DNA from: Guillardia theta CCMP2712
Lineage: Eukaryota > Protista > Cryptophyta
Direction: 5' to 3'
Length of the DNA stretch: 64,000 bases
Assembly: GCF_000315625.1 (NCBI RefSeq)
Contig: NW_005434545.1
Coordinates: 3,669 to 67,668, forward strand
The translations under genes were made by a program, and so were the position numbers. Shown in pieces: positions 23,055 to 37,661 of this stretch (position 1 is the first letter of the stretch; each line of letters starts with the position of its first letter). Under the pieces are notes generated by a model. It was given only the letters and a program-made list of their open reading frames with translations. It did not search any database and was not told the DNA's origin.

Positions 23055-26000
23055 ATGCCGCTAACAGTAGCGCCAAGGTGGGAGAGGAGGAGGGAGGGAG
23101 GACAAGAGAAGAAGCGCCACAGCCTCGAACATGATGAGGCTTCCCATCGCCATGAGACGCTTGCCTGTGATCCAGAAGGTCTCGTACAAGTCTTGGTTCC
23201 AGACTGCGATGCTGCTGACTGGCGAGGAAAGAGAGGAGAAGAAAAGGCAGCCATGAGCTTGCCTGCCACAGCCTTGAGTGAAGTCGAGGAGCATGAACGC
23301 CTGTCTTTATCCTTGAACTGCTATCCTCTCCGAGGGAGGCCCTTCGGTATCGCCTTCGTTTGGTCGTTTTCTTACCTGGACAAAAGTGGCGAATTTGTAT
23401 TGAACATCGCGAACGACAGCGCGTCTCTGGTAGCAGAGGAACTGCAGCTGTTCGGATTCGAAGTCAGACCGCGACAGAATGTCAAGAAGAAGTACATTAT
23501 GGATGAGATCTCCATGGAGAACATCGAAACTCTTTCCCACACGTATGACTGTGTGTTGGTGTACATCGCTGCGGTGAAGGCACTGTGGGTACAGCAGCAT
23601 GATGACGTTGACCGCCAGGTTGGAGATGGAGAGTGCTTTCTAGCTATAGACAACGAGAAGATCTACATTAAGGACATTTGGAAGCGATTTGAAGAGATCG
23701 GCATGGAAGGGTGAAAGTCGCTTTCAACGCTACAGGCTCTCACATATTAAGGAAAGGAAGCCGAAGATGTTATTCATGGATCTCTTTGAATCGCGATCAT
23801 CTTACGTTGACGACATAGTCAAAGAATTCAATCTTGCCAAAAAGTAGCTTACACTCCATTGCTTCAGAGCAGCACATGACATGAGCAACAGGCTGTACGA
23901 GGAGAGCCTTGAAGACATCGCCTTGATCCAATCCCAGGACACCAATGTTCCTGCGACGCTTCTCAAGGCTTCTTGCTGGCTGTTCTGCTATACGTGTCTG
24001 ATTTTCTGTCGCCAGAGGAAGTTGGACTTGCACGCAGACCTCAAGGTCGGTCGAACATGAGAGTTTCATGAGTGTATTGGCTGCGCTGTGTCTCGACATG
24101 GCCACTGGCGTCAACTTGGCTTTTTTCAGGCAAAAGAAGAGCTGAAGCGAGATCTTCCTCAACCCCCTTCAGGTACCAGCAGTGATGCCTTCTCCAGCTC
24201 GATGAATGCTCCTTCAGCCGGAACCATGGCACGCGTCGCCGTGATGCAAATCCCTCTTCGTCGAGGACATGCTACCTGGTCTTGCCTAGTAAGGCAGGAA
24301 GTCAGGAGGAGAACAACGAGCTTTAACGATCCCATGCAGGTGAAGAACCTTGGTTACAGCATTTCATTTGGAATCTGTGACGTCGACATGCTGTCTAAGG
24401 AAGGCTTGAATCGTTGACTGAAAATCATGATGGAACTTTGACCCACAGACTTACGGAGACGGGATGAACGCCTTCTGCAGTCTGAATGACGTTTTAGGAT
24501 CCACAGCAGGCGGATGGGCGTTCAATCAGGTTATGAGCTAGAGATGTCTGAGTGAAGCTGGCTGGTGACTCGCTTCTAGGTGGGTCAGTTCCTTCACAAC
24601 TCGCGAGCTGTGGAGGCGAAGGCCTTGTGGGGCAAAGCAGATCACATAGAAGCCGGTGACGTTGTAACCATCACGCTCGACATGGTCCAGGTGAACTCAT
24701 TCGAATAGAATCTCTTGCCGACCTCTGGCAGGGATCAATCAAGCTCGAGGTGGAGGGGAAGTTCAAGAGGCATCAGAACCGGCACTTCAACCAGCGGTTC
24801 GTCCGACCGGCTGACCACTCAGGCGTTCTCTTCCCGGCCGTCTCTCTCTGCGACATCGATGACGAGATTGAACTCCTGCACTTTCGGTACAGCGAGAAGG
24901 AGACGGCGGACGAGCAGAGCTTCGCCGAATTCCAGGGCTCTGTGTGGGACACGCGGAGTTCTGCGCGAGGCCTCCGCTTCGAAGGCAGAGGAGTTGTGCG
25001 AGTGGAAGGAGAGCATCTGCCGCAAGCACACGATGCCATGTTCCTCATCCACCGGCAGCCCATCACTCGAGCCCCGAAAGCATTCACAGAGCGAGGAGAT
25101 CCAGTAGGAGAATGTTTCCTTGGAGTCTTCGGTGTTCAGGACCAGGATTGCGCTGACATCTCCCCCTTCGCCTTCTCACTGAAGAAGCATCTGAGGGCAG
25201 CCCTCACTTCCAGTGACCGGCAAGATGAAGGGCCTCATGGTGATGAGGACGAGAACAAGGCTCGCTGCCTCTCGGACGTTCTTGTCCATGGAATACGACG
25301 AGATCTGGATGCGACCAGCTTGAAGTCTTTCCTCAGAGGCTGTTGTGAAATAAGTGAGGAAGAGCTGAGCGAGGCAAGTGACTTGTTTAGGGCAAAGAAT
25401 CTGAGTATCAATGAGGTCAAGAAGATCGATGACAAGTCTGTCTTGGAGGACTTGGGATTCACATCGCGACAGCAGATTGAGTCAATTCACCGAGGGATTG
25501 TCAAGGCTCGCAACAATGCCTCCGCCGAAGTTCATTTCTTGAACCTTTACTCGAAATCTTCCTTCTCCCGTCTTTTCCTTTCCAGCCTCCCTCCCCTCGC
25601 CTGGTCGCGTCAAGTCTCCTGCGACTTCCTCCGCTTCTCTCCTGATGCTTGCACGGTCAACAAAGTCGGCCAGTCCATCGCCTCTGTTACAGCCATCGCT
25701 GCTCTCAGCTCCACACTCCGGGCCGGCAAGAAGTTTGGAGCGGTTCTGACAGGGAGTGGAAAGCATTCGTGGGAGTTTGTGATCGCACGACTCAGATCGT
25801 CACAGGGAGGTGATGAAGTGAACGCTGGTTCCATCAAGCTTGGCATAGTGCAGTCGGACGCCGTCGCTCGGGGAGTCTATCACCTTGCTGCTGGGAAGTG
25901 TCAAGAAGTTTCGGCCTCTGCAGTTGTTCTTGAGTCCTCTGCAAGCTCGCAAGATGGAGCATATGAAGGCATGCATCTGCACATCACCGAGGGCATGGGA

Positions 26001-26843
26001 GCAGGTCAGGTTTCACGCATCTTTGCCTACGTCGGAGAAACTCGAACGGCTTACATTCAGTTCGAAGCTCCCGTGAGCGCGGAGTCTAGCTTCTACGCCG
26101 TGACCAAGTTGTACGGCTTTGAGGTGGGCGATGACGTGTTCTCCTGGGCAGTAGCGTCGAGCTCCATGGGCAGAAGCGCGATCATGCACGGCAACGTCTT
26201 CGAGTCTTCCTTCAAGCAGCTCCGCTTCCAGGGTGATCCTCTTGCTGTCAACCGAGTCACTGCTGCTGGCTTCGAGCTGGACAACACGTACCCCCGCATC
26301 CTCGGGCCAGCGCTCAAGGAGGGAGACACGCTGACTGTGTGGCTTGACCTCGACACCGGAGTGCTCGCGTTCTCGCTCAATGGCGAGCGGCTGGGAGAGA
26401 GCGTGGAAGGAGTGCGAGGGCCCGTCCTCCCCGCCTTCTCTTGTCCCTCCTCCACTGACTGTAGCATCCAACTTAGAAACTACCGCCGCTGGGCCCCTGA
26501 GAGTGGATGGATGAGCAGCGAAGAAGCAGAGAACATGGGTTTCAGTGAGGAGGAGGTGGAAGCGTTGAAGCAGATATTCAGGTTTGACCCTCCTGATCTT
26601 GTTGCAATCTCACTGGTAGGGAGCAGGAAGAACGAGTCCAACGCAGAGCTGAAGATAGCGGACATCCGCAAAGTGTTCGCCGAACTCGGACTGAACCTGA
26701 CGGATGCCGACATGCAAGGTCACGTGCAGGCAGTGGACGTGGATGGGTCAGGTCGCCTGGATCAGATCGAGTTCTTACATCTCATCTCCAACCTCAAGCT
26801 GGCTGACCTATGGAGCCTCGACAAGCTCACAGCGCACAAGTGA
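23055..26843 (+). CDS. Multidomain protein: inactive caspase-like (C14) domain, SPRY, SAM-like, SPRY (with insert), EF-hand pair
   Basis: Caspase-like YPLRGRPFGIAFV..LQLFGFEV..YDCVLVYIAAVG..GKPKMLFMDLF after removing introns 23574-23618 and 23711-23756. SPRY GDVVTITLDM..LFPAVSL and GKHSWEF..GDTLTVWLDLDTGVLAFSLNG..VLPAFS. SAM-like IDDKSVLEDLGFT. EF loop DVDGSGRLDQIE. Confidence 0.75.
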
Positions 26844-27163
26844 AGGGCGTGTATCATTCTCTCTATATCATGTTGTATCATAATTGCCTTGACTCCTTTT
26901 TTTTGGATAACCCCCTACCCCATAAACACCACTCCAACACCCCACCCCTTTGTGATTGGGGAAGCGCCATGACGTGGGGAGACATATGAGACGAAGGAGA
27001 GAAGGAGGGGAGGAGAGGAGAGGAGAGAAGGAGGGGATAGGAGAAGAGAAGGAGAGGAGAAGAGAAGGAGAGGAGGGGAGAGAAGGAGGGGAGGCTTGTC
27101 GACGTTTATCTCTAGTTGAGGTTATGGTGTCTTGTACGCCAAGGTGAAGCATCAAGTTGAAGG

Positions 27164-29838
27164 ATGGAGGACTCCGACCTGAGGGACTACGAGGTTCTGA
27201 ACCAGCTCGCCAAAGGAGGTCAGGGGGTCACAAGCAGGGTCCGCAGGATCTACGACAATCGTGTGCTGGTTCTGAAGCAAAGTTTCTGCGATGACTGCCG
27301 AAGTGCAAACTCAGCTTTGCTCGAGGCCAAGCTGCTGAAACAGATTCGACACCCGTACGTCAACAGGTAGTCTAGCAGAGCCTCTCAGTCTCGTGGGTGA
27401 GCCGTGCTTGCCCAGGTACGAGGATGTGTTTCTGAGTGAGCAAGGCAAGCAGCTTGTTGTCTGCACAGTCATGGAGTACTGCGAGGGCGGCGACCTGGCG
27501 AGATATCTCATCACGTACAAGAAGCACAGGACGCTGGTGGACCCCATGAGGGCCGTGAGGTAGGAAAGTCGCTGCTCCAAGAGAAGCTGACGGCATGTCG
27601 GTCAGATGGATGCAGCAACTAACATCTGCCATCGCGCACCTGCATCAGCAGAAAGTGAGCTCAGCTTGTGCCTCGCTCTCTGCTACTGACGGCCCGTCTA
27701 GATCGTTCACCGAGACATGAAGCCGCAGAACGTGTTCTTGTTCTCAGAAGACAGCCTCAGGATAGGAGACTTTGGACTCGCACAGACCATTGAACGAGGG
27801 AAACGAACGTCGCAGGTGCTGCTGCAATGCCTCTCCTCTCCTCCCTTCTTTCCGTTCTGTCCTCATCTTGTAACTTGTCTTCTTGTCGCAGGTTGGAACC
27901 CCCTGCTACATGGCACCTGAGGTTCTCTACCGCGACGAGTATGCGGAGACGGTCGACGTGTGGGGCATCGGCTGCATCGGCTACGAGTGTCTGTCACTTC
28001 AGTTTCTCTGGCAGAGGAAGGGCATGCTCGCTGCGCAGGTCGAGGTCGACCCCATCCTCCCCCAGCACCTCCCCGACCTCTATCCCTTCTTCCTCCGCGA
28101 CGCCGTCGCCAGCTGCCTTGCCTGCTCGCCCCATCGGCGGCCGCCCGCATCGTCCTTGCAGACTTCCCTGCAGCAGGAGAGCGGGCAGGCTCCGAGTGAG
28201 AACCTCGGGCTGGTGGAGGCGCTCGAGAACTTTGGGAAGGCGTTTGGGTCCTGGTTGCCGCTCGGAGGGAAGGAGGAGAAGGAGAAGGGGAAGGAGGAGG
28301 AGGTGCACGTAGAGAAGGCTCTCCTCTCAGAGCGAATGGAGCCCAGCCAGGCAGGGCTGTCGATGGGCGTTGAAAGGAAGCAGGAGAGGAGCAGGACTCT
28401 GGCCCCTCAGACTCGCAGGACGAGCTTGAAGGGCGTGGACATCAAGTCGCAGCCTCTGAGGGGTGACGTCACGCAGCCAGCAGTCGAACGAGTCAGCGAG
28501 AGGACGGCGAGCGTTTCAACTGCCAGTCAGTCGCACAAGGCGCGGGAGGAGGCAGAGCAGAGGGCCGATGACGTCAGGCGAGAGCAGCTGCGAGCCACGT
28601 CGGGCAGAAAGCTTCCTGCCATGGTGGAGGAAGCAAACGAGACCGTGCGAGAGATTCTCTCAAAGATCAACTCGACTAGCCGAGGGGAAGGCAGCAACTC
28701 GAGCTCGAGCTCAGAGGACATTGTCGCTCCCGCAAGAACCCCAGCAGGACTCCCTCGACTCCCTCGACTCCTGCACGCCTGAGCGCCCTGAGCTCGTCGA
28801 GCGTCAAGGAGCGGGACGGCAGCGGAGGGGAGGAAGCTGAAATCCCTCCGCACGTGCTCGAGGAATACCGGGAGAAAGGCTTGTTCGGCGTTGACCCTCG
28901 ATGGCGAAGTCCGCTGCAGGTCTAAAGGAGGCGAGGGGAAAGGGGGACAGGAGGGAGGGGGAGGAGAGAATGGAAGGAGGGAGGGTGGGAGGGTGGGAGG
29001 GAGGGAGGGAGGGTGGGTTGGGGGGGGGGGGGGGGGGGGGGGAAAGAAAAAACCGCTCCNNNNNNNNNNNNNNNNNNNNNNNNNNNNNNNNNNNNNNNNN
29101 NNNNNNNNNNNNNNNNNNNNNNNNNNNNNNNNNNNNNNNNNNNNNNNNNNNNNNNNNNNAAGGGCTACTTCAGGCGTCTCATTCAAGCAGAGCAGCAGCT
29201 CGATCATTCGCGCGAGGTTGGAGAACGAGCTCGAGCCCGTCCTCCCTCATCCCCAGCGAGCACAGGCGAGCAGCCTCCCTCCTCCTCCAGCGTGAAGAGG
29301 GACAAGGACAAGAGCGGGTCCTGGCTGTCGCGGACGCTGAGCGGGAGAGGATTCGCCAAGACAAAGAAGATGGAGATGGGGGGCGAGCTGGACTTCGAGC
29401 TGGGGGGCGACAAGAAGATTCTGATCGAGAAGTTCTCGAAGCAATTCGAGCTTGTGTTCCCTCGCCAGCAATGGCTGCTTGCGAAAGAAGCGACGCGGCG
29501 AGAAGGAGAGGTGAGAGAGGTGGAGTGAGGAGGGAGGGAGTCAGCAGGGGAAGGCAGAAAGGAGAGACGGAAGGGCAAAGGAGGAGGAGAAGGTTTGTGT
29601 TAACCTTTGAATCTCCTGCAGACATATGGGACAGACGAAGAGATTCAAAGAGAATTCACTCGACTGTCAGTAGCTCTTCTCGCACCTTCCTCCTCTCCTC
29701 TCCCTCTTGTTCCTCGCATCAGTTCCTCCCACTCCTCTTCGTCCTCCTCGTGTTCGTTCTCTTACACACGTGTTCCACAGATTCGGTCAGCCCAAGTCAA
29801 GATTCATCGGAAGTTCGGACCGGCTGATGGCTGTGTGA
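27164..29838 (+). CDS. Ser/Thr protein kinase, NEK/NIMA-like; spans an assembly gap
   Basis: LAKGGQG, VLK, MEYCEGGDL, HRDMKPQNVF, DFGLA, GTPCYMAPE, DVWGIG. Joining of the 3' part across the gap is inferred. Confidence 0.88.
29060..29159. other. Scaffold gap (100 N)
   Basis: Run of n after poly-G. Confidence 1.
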
Positions 29839-29850
29839 GGAGGAGACGAC

Positions 29851-30591
29851 CTACCCACTGAAGTTCTTGAACAAACATTGAGAGTCAAGAAGTTGAGCAG
29901 GTTTGCGGGTCAAGTAAATAAAATAATGATTTGGACGAGGGATCTTGACTAGCTGCTGGGGAGGAGCAGGGGGAGTGGAGGGGAGGAGGTGATGATGCTG
30001 ATGAAGATGTTTGAAATGTTTGTTGATGGAGGAGCTCAAGGAAAGAAGATCTTCAAAGTCCCTCGAATCTCCTGCTTGCAGAAGGGACAAGCGAGGAGGC
30101 GAGGAGAGCATTCCGGACAAACTTGAGTGTGCAGACAAGGAAGGAAGACAACCGACAAGTTGTTGACGAAACAAATCTGAAGAGATCATGTCATACCTCC
30201 AACCTCTTCCCTCCCACGTTCTCCTCTCTCTCACCTTGCATGCAAACATCTCTCTCAGCAGCTCCAGTGCTTCTTCTCGTTCTTCTGTCAGTTCCTCGTT
30301 CCTTCTCCGCAGTTTCGCCATTTTCTCTTCTTCCTTCCGCCTCTCTGCCCTGTTTTCCCTCCGCCTTGTCCTTCCCAGCTCTCCTCTGAGCTGCAACTTA
30401 GATAGCAGTAGAGCTCTAGACACCTGTATAATCGCCGTGTCCAGCAGAGACATAAGCTCCGGATCAGACGCTTTGAGCACAGAACAAGCGGCAACTGAAG
30501 AGAGAGAGGACACGAGGAGGAGGAGGAGGAGGAGGAGGAGGAGGAGGAGAGGAAGAGTGCGCGTGGGAAACTGGAGGAGGAGGGCGAGCAT
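29851..30591 (-). CDS. Hypothetical coiled-coil protein (structure uncertain)
   Basis: Open frame with charged heptad segment RRENRAERRKEEEKMAKLRRRNEELTEEREEALELL; probable introns. Confidence 0.4.
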   Translation of the reverse strand: MLALLLQFPTRTLPLLLLLLLLLLLLVSSLSSVAACSVLKASDPELMSLLDTAIIQVSRALLLSKLQLRGELGRTRRRENRAERRKEEEKMAKLRRRNEELTEEREEALELLREMFACKVRERRTWEGRGWRYDMISSDLFRQQLVGCLPSLSAHSSLSGMLSSPPRLSLLQAGDSRDFEDLLSLSSSINKHFKHLHQHHHLLPSTPPAPPQQLVKIPRPNHYFIYLTRKPAQLLDSQCLFKNFSG

Positions 30592-30738
30592 GGAGTCGCT
30601 GTTGACAAGGTTTATGAGTTCGAGTTTGACCGCCAGGACTCACTGACAGCCACAGGACCCAAGAGTACTCCCACCCCCACCCCCCCACCCCCTCTCCACC
30701 CCTATTTCTGCTTCCTCTTCATTCCCCACGCGTTGCCC

Positions 30739-33460
30739 TTAGTCCTCGTCCTCGTCCTCGTCCTCGTCCTCTTTCAGGTAGTCCAGCAGCGCCTTGCATT
30801 CCTCTACCAGACCCTTGCTCTCCTCTGACCTTCCCTGGGCGTCCTCAGACCACAAGAAGATCGCGTCCTCCTCGAAGACATCCTCGTCGTAGCAGCACTT
30901 GAGGATGGGCATCATCAGCTTGTGCCCCTTCCAGTCGGGTTGAGACACAAAGCTCTCGAGCGCGACCATGGTCTCCTTCTGATCGTTGACGGACCTCGCG
31001 AACTTTGACAGCAGCGGCTTCCAAGTCTTGATCAGCTTGACGGCGTTGGCGAAGGCCTCCTTCCTCGATGACGTCACGGTCATGGTGTTGAGGATCGTGA
31101 CGAAGATGATGCAGCTGCAGTCAGCGAAGGTCTTGTCGTGCGCGAACTTCCTTCCGTTCACCTCCATGGAGATGTTCTCCGGCAACACTCCCTCCTCGAC
31201 CCCTCGACGAACGATGTCCTCCACCTCTCGCTCGAAGGAGGCAGCAGACTGACAGGCTCCTCCTCCCTCATCCTCAGAGTCACTCTCATCCTCCTCCTCG
31301 TCGGAGTTGTCGGAGTCGAACAGCTTCTCCATCACAAGAGGAGCGATCAGCGCTTCCTGCTCGTCCTCTCCTGCTTCCCACTTCCTTCCTCGCCCGTCAG
31401 CTCCCACCAGTTCCAAGTCTGTGGTCTTCTTGCTCTCCACCTTGTCCTGCACTGTCTCATCGTCATCACCGAAGTCGTCGTCATCATCGCCAGCATCGCA
31501 GGGTCGCTCAGCCACAGTGACGCGGGTCCCTTCGCGCACGGTGACGTTGCTGCTGATCTTGACGTTCCCCCCGAGGATGCAGTTCTTCTCTATCACTGCC
31601 TTCTCTCCGACCTCCACGTCATCTGCCAGCAAGCAGTCGCGGAGAATCGCTCCGGCGCCGATCTTGACGTTTGCGAACAGGAAGCAGCCTTCCAGCACCG
31701 CCCCGTCTCCGATGACACACGACCGACCGATGACCGACCGGTCGATCTTCGCTCCCTCCCCCACGACAGTCTTTGACCCGATGACTGTGTCCATCCCGAT
31801 GATGCAGCTTTGAGCGAGCGAGACATTCGCCTCCTTGTACACTCCGGGGTGAAGATACTCGTACGTAGTGTCGCAGAAGAGATTGACGTCCGGCACGAGC
31901 GGGTAGCTCCACCGCCGGATCACGTCCATGCTCACCGTCGCGTACTGATGCAAGCTAGTCAACCGCCCGGAGTACCCTTCGGTGACGATGTAGGCAAAGA
32001 GCTGGTAGCTCAAGATCTCCGAGTACAAGACGCCGGGGATGTAGTCCGTGTGCAGATCCTAAGAGCGAGCGAGGGAGGTCCAGGGAGACGTAGGGAGGGA
32101 GGACGAGAGAGAAAGCATCAGCTCGAGCACGCGCAAGTAAAAACCAGTCAACCTGCCAGTCGAATTCGTCGGTAAAGAGGCAGAGAACTTCAGGCGAGCA
32201 GATCGCGGCATGAGCATACTCGAGGTCATAGCGAACCTGCCAAAATCAACTGCTCAGCACCCGACGACCCGGCAAAGTCGTTAAGTTACGCTGACGGTCG
32301 GATGGGCTTCGAATCGAGTCGAATCGATTTGAAAACCTTTCTTGGTCTGCCGATGGCGTTAGCTAAAGCACAAGGCGACGCTCTCACGCGCACCATCGGC
32401 TGATAGTGAACCAGCTGGTTGGTCTCAGGATTGATTGCAACACAGATGTCGTCCTGCGACGAGGTCAGCGCCTTCAATGCCCGCGGCAAGGAGACAGACC
32501 TCCGGGAAAGTAGCCATTCTCTGTTGAGGGAGGGACGTCTTCGAGGAGACTGTGAGACCAGGCAAGAAGGAGGCAGGAACGTATCAGACCTTGAATACGA
32601 GGGTCATGATCGCATCCTTGTTCTTTTCTTCTTCCCTCCTCTGACATATCGTGTTCACACAAGTTGTCATCGTCATTATTCCTTTGCACCTTCTTATGCG
32701 CTTGTAGCACAGGTTCGAGCTTGATGTTCGACAACGTGTCGCCTGTGCCATGTTAGCGAGTCCACGAACAAGAACGATAGGCCAACCATTGACAAGGATG
32801 AAGTCACTGCGGATCTTGCCTCTAGAGTCGACCTGTCATCGATTATTCCATCTCCTTTCCAACGCATGGGCTCACCTCCCGCAGGGCTCCTCCCAGGCTC
32901 TTGACGGCAGGAGCTACGATCACCTCCACCTCAAACTGCTTGCATGACTGGTTGAAGCATGAACAAGTCAAGACATTTAGCGCTGCAGATTCAGCAGAAG
33001 CCACCTTCGAATTCAACACGTATTCTTGAATCTTCTCTGCATGTGAGCTGCGTGGAGTTGAGCTTGACACCACAAGTAGGAGTAGGACCTGGCAACGATG
33101 AATAGCTCCTTGACTCCTGCTTGTACAAGAAGCTCGAGCGTGTATTCGATGATGGGAACTTCAGCATGGTCACAATTGTGGCATGGCATTACGATGAACG
33201 TACTGTTCACTAAAGGCAACAAAATCTTCGGGGTGGTGTAGGTGGTGGGAGCCATTCGCTAAGAACTGAATGAGCAAAGTCTTGGCTTGGCTAGTTTTTG
33301 CTGTCTCACCTTACGAAAGGAGTCGGCAAGGAGGATCGCCTGATGTAGGCAAATGCATGAAAACCCGGACCTTCAGCTCATTATTAAGGTACCTGAAGCG
33401 CTTCATCCCCATCGTCGATGTCTGACTTCTTTGTTCCGGGCTTTTTCTTGTCTTGATGGA
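30739..33460 (-). CDS. EIF2B5: Translation initiation factor eIF2B epsilon subunit; start approximate
   Basis: LQAILLADSF, PKILLPLVN..IEYTLE, DVIRRWSYPLVPD, LbH hexapeptide repeats, and C-terminal W2 domain (YDEDVFEEDAIFLW). Confidence 0.93.
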
Positions 33461-34085
33461 TAGTCAGTCAGAGGGATTGGATTATCAACGTCGATTCTCA
33501 TCCCTCAATGCCCTTATTCTTCCTTTCTTTCTGGTCAGTACTCGCTCATTCGCGCCATCGTTCTCCCACGTTCCATTGGGGGGCTTCTCTTTCCCCTCCT
33601 CTTCTCTCTCCTCCTCCCTCTCTTCTACTTCTTCTCTCTCCTCTTCTCTCTCTTTCTCTCCTTCTTCTTTTCTCCCCTTCTCCCTTCTCCGCGCCCTGCT
33701 CACCTTTTCCGCTCATTGCGCCGCGTCAGCCCCACGTGATGGTTACAACGGTTATGACCGTTGTAAGTTTCCAACCGAAAGGCACTACTCTATTTCAGTC
33801 AATCTTGAAAACTGATCAAAACTACTTGAGTAGGCTAGTCATGCCACTGAAGTTCCGTGGACCCGGTGACTCGACCGCCCGCGCGCGGCGGACTGAGTAA
33901 CGGCAGTCAAGTGACTGGCCGTGACTCTCCTGATTGTCCTCGTCCTGATCTTTAACTTAGCGGCCGTGAACTCGCCGTCCGACAGCGGCTGATCGGACTC
34001 CGGACCGGCCACGGGTCCGAGTCAGAACTAAGTTCCGAGTTTGGAAGTCATTCAATCATTCAAACATAAGTCGCCTTAAGCTTAA

Positions 34086-35866
<1,781 letters not shown>

Positions 35867-36176
35867 ATTAGCGCCGACTGATGAGACGCTCCTATTACGC
35901 ATTCAACTTACTGGTACTGATTTTTGGTACTATAAATTATATAAATGAATATATTTATCTATATGGTGCTTGAGATGAACTACAAATTTTACAATCAAAA
36001 TTTTCATTACAATAATTTGTACGAGAATATTTTGTTTGGCAGTACCAGACCTCGAATGTTCTTTATTATCCAGGTGAATCCTGGGGACATGACCGATGGG
36101 AATGAGGGTGATGATGGTTATGAGGGGGATGATGAGGATAACCTGAGTACGAGGGGGATGAGTGCGGGCACAGGCC

Positions 36177-37579
36177 ATGCTGGGCTTGGAGGGCTTCTTC
36201 GCGGGCCTGGCGGGCCTGGCGGGTCTTGCTGGACTTGTGCTGGGTAGAGCAGTCGCCTCCATACTGACCTGCCCTCCCTTCATCGCCTGCTGCCCTCCTC
36301 GTGAAGGCCTCTCGCTCGATCCTCGCAAGCTTGCTCCATACTGGCCCGAAGCCACTGCTATCGGGCCCAAGGCGTACGAACTAGAAGCTGAGGACATCGA
36401 GGTGAAGGTTGGTGGTGAGGGAGGCGAAGGAGGGTGCCTCAGAGGATGGCTGTTTAAGCCGGACAATGCGCCCAAGGCTGTGATCTTGATGGCTCATGGA
36501 GCCGGCAGAGATCGTCGCTCGTGGCTTCGAATGATTCCCTTCCTCAAGCAAGCAGGGTATATCTGCATAGCGTTTGACTTCAGGAATCATGGCATCTCGG
36601 ACCCTCTCGACAAGCCTGGTTGCACCCTTGGTCTGGTTGAGAGCAAAGATTTCGGGTAAGTTAGCGTGATATGGCACTAGTGCTGAAGTTTCAACCTCAG
36701 AGCGATGTGCAAGTATGTCAAGGCGCGCTTTGCGGGAATGAGGATAGTGCTGATGGGAACCAGGTATCTCTGGTATTAGCTTGTCTTGATAGTTGAGAGT
36801 TTGAAGCACCGGGGCGGTTTCTTGCGTCATCTCCATGGCTACTGACCCTCAAGGTTAGTTATGTCCTGCTACAGTCTGTCCTGATCAGTATGGCTAAAGT
36901 TGCGGATATCGCAAGCTGTGCGATTCTAGAGAATCCATTCATGAGTATAGAGGAGCTGAGCAGGGACATGGTGTCGAACCTGATCTTTCAGAAGCTCATC
37001 TGTAGAGATTTGTACGTGCCATCAAACTGTCGCTGGAATGACCCTGGTCCTTCTTAGCGTGCTCGCCTACTGGTTTCTCTATCCTTTGATGGTGGTGGTG
37101 CGATTCTTCACGGTCTTTCAAGTGAGAGAAGGAGGAAGAGCGATCGATGGATTGAATCTGACTGCCTGGCGAGCAGGTGAAGAGCAGTCTGCGACCGTAC
37201 GGCCTAGCAGAAATTCCTTCATGTGTCGATGCGATCAAGCTGGTTGCTGCAGCTCATTCCCCGCGCCACCCTGACACTCAACCTCTGCAGGTGAAGAAGG
37301 TGCCTTTGATGCTCATGCATGGCGAGGAGGACCGCATCGTTCCTCTCCGGCATGGAGTGGAAGTTGCGAGGGTAAGCAGGAGGGGGCTGGGGTGGAGGAG
37401 GCCTGACAGTGGTGCAGGTTGGAAGACTGCAAGACGTGTGGTTCTGTGCTCGATCGGATCACTGCCAGGTCATCACACTACACGTCAGTGGGAGCTGACG
37501 AGGGTGACAGCTGTGGGACACGGACGCGAAAGAATATGAGACAAGAGTTTTGACCTTCATTGCGAAACATATCAGATGA
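36177..37579 (+). CDS. Alpha/beta-fold hydrolase with an N-terminal hydrophobic anchor
   Basis: LRGWLF..VILMAHG, AFDFRNHGISD, IVLMGTS, PLMLMHGEEDRIVP. Confidence 0.88.
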
Positions 37580-37661
37580 ACCTCTTCGAACTATCCCGGC
37601 GAAGCTTGTATCTTTCTCGGTCACAAGGAAAGGCTTTTACCACTTTCGTGCCTCCTGGGCT

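Noticed and set aside
27164-29838. NEK kinase functionally coupled to the adjacent pseudo-caspase gene
   Set aside because: Adjacency alone is weak evidence in a eukaryotic genome; no shared feature was seen.
35920-36030. AT-rich patch as foreign or organellar DNA
   Set aside because: Short, non-coding and between divergent gene starts; most simply a bidirectional promoter.
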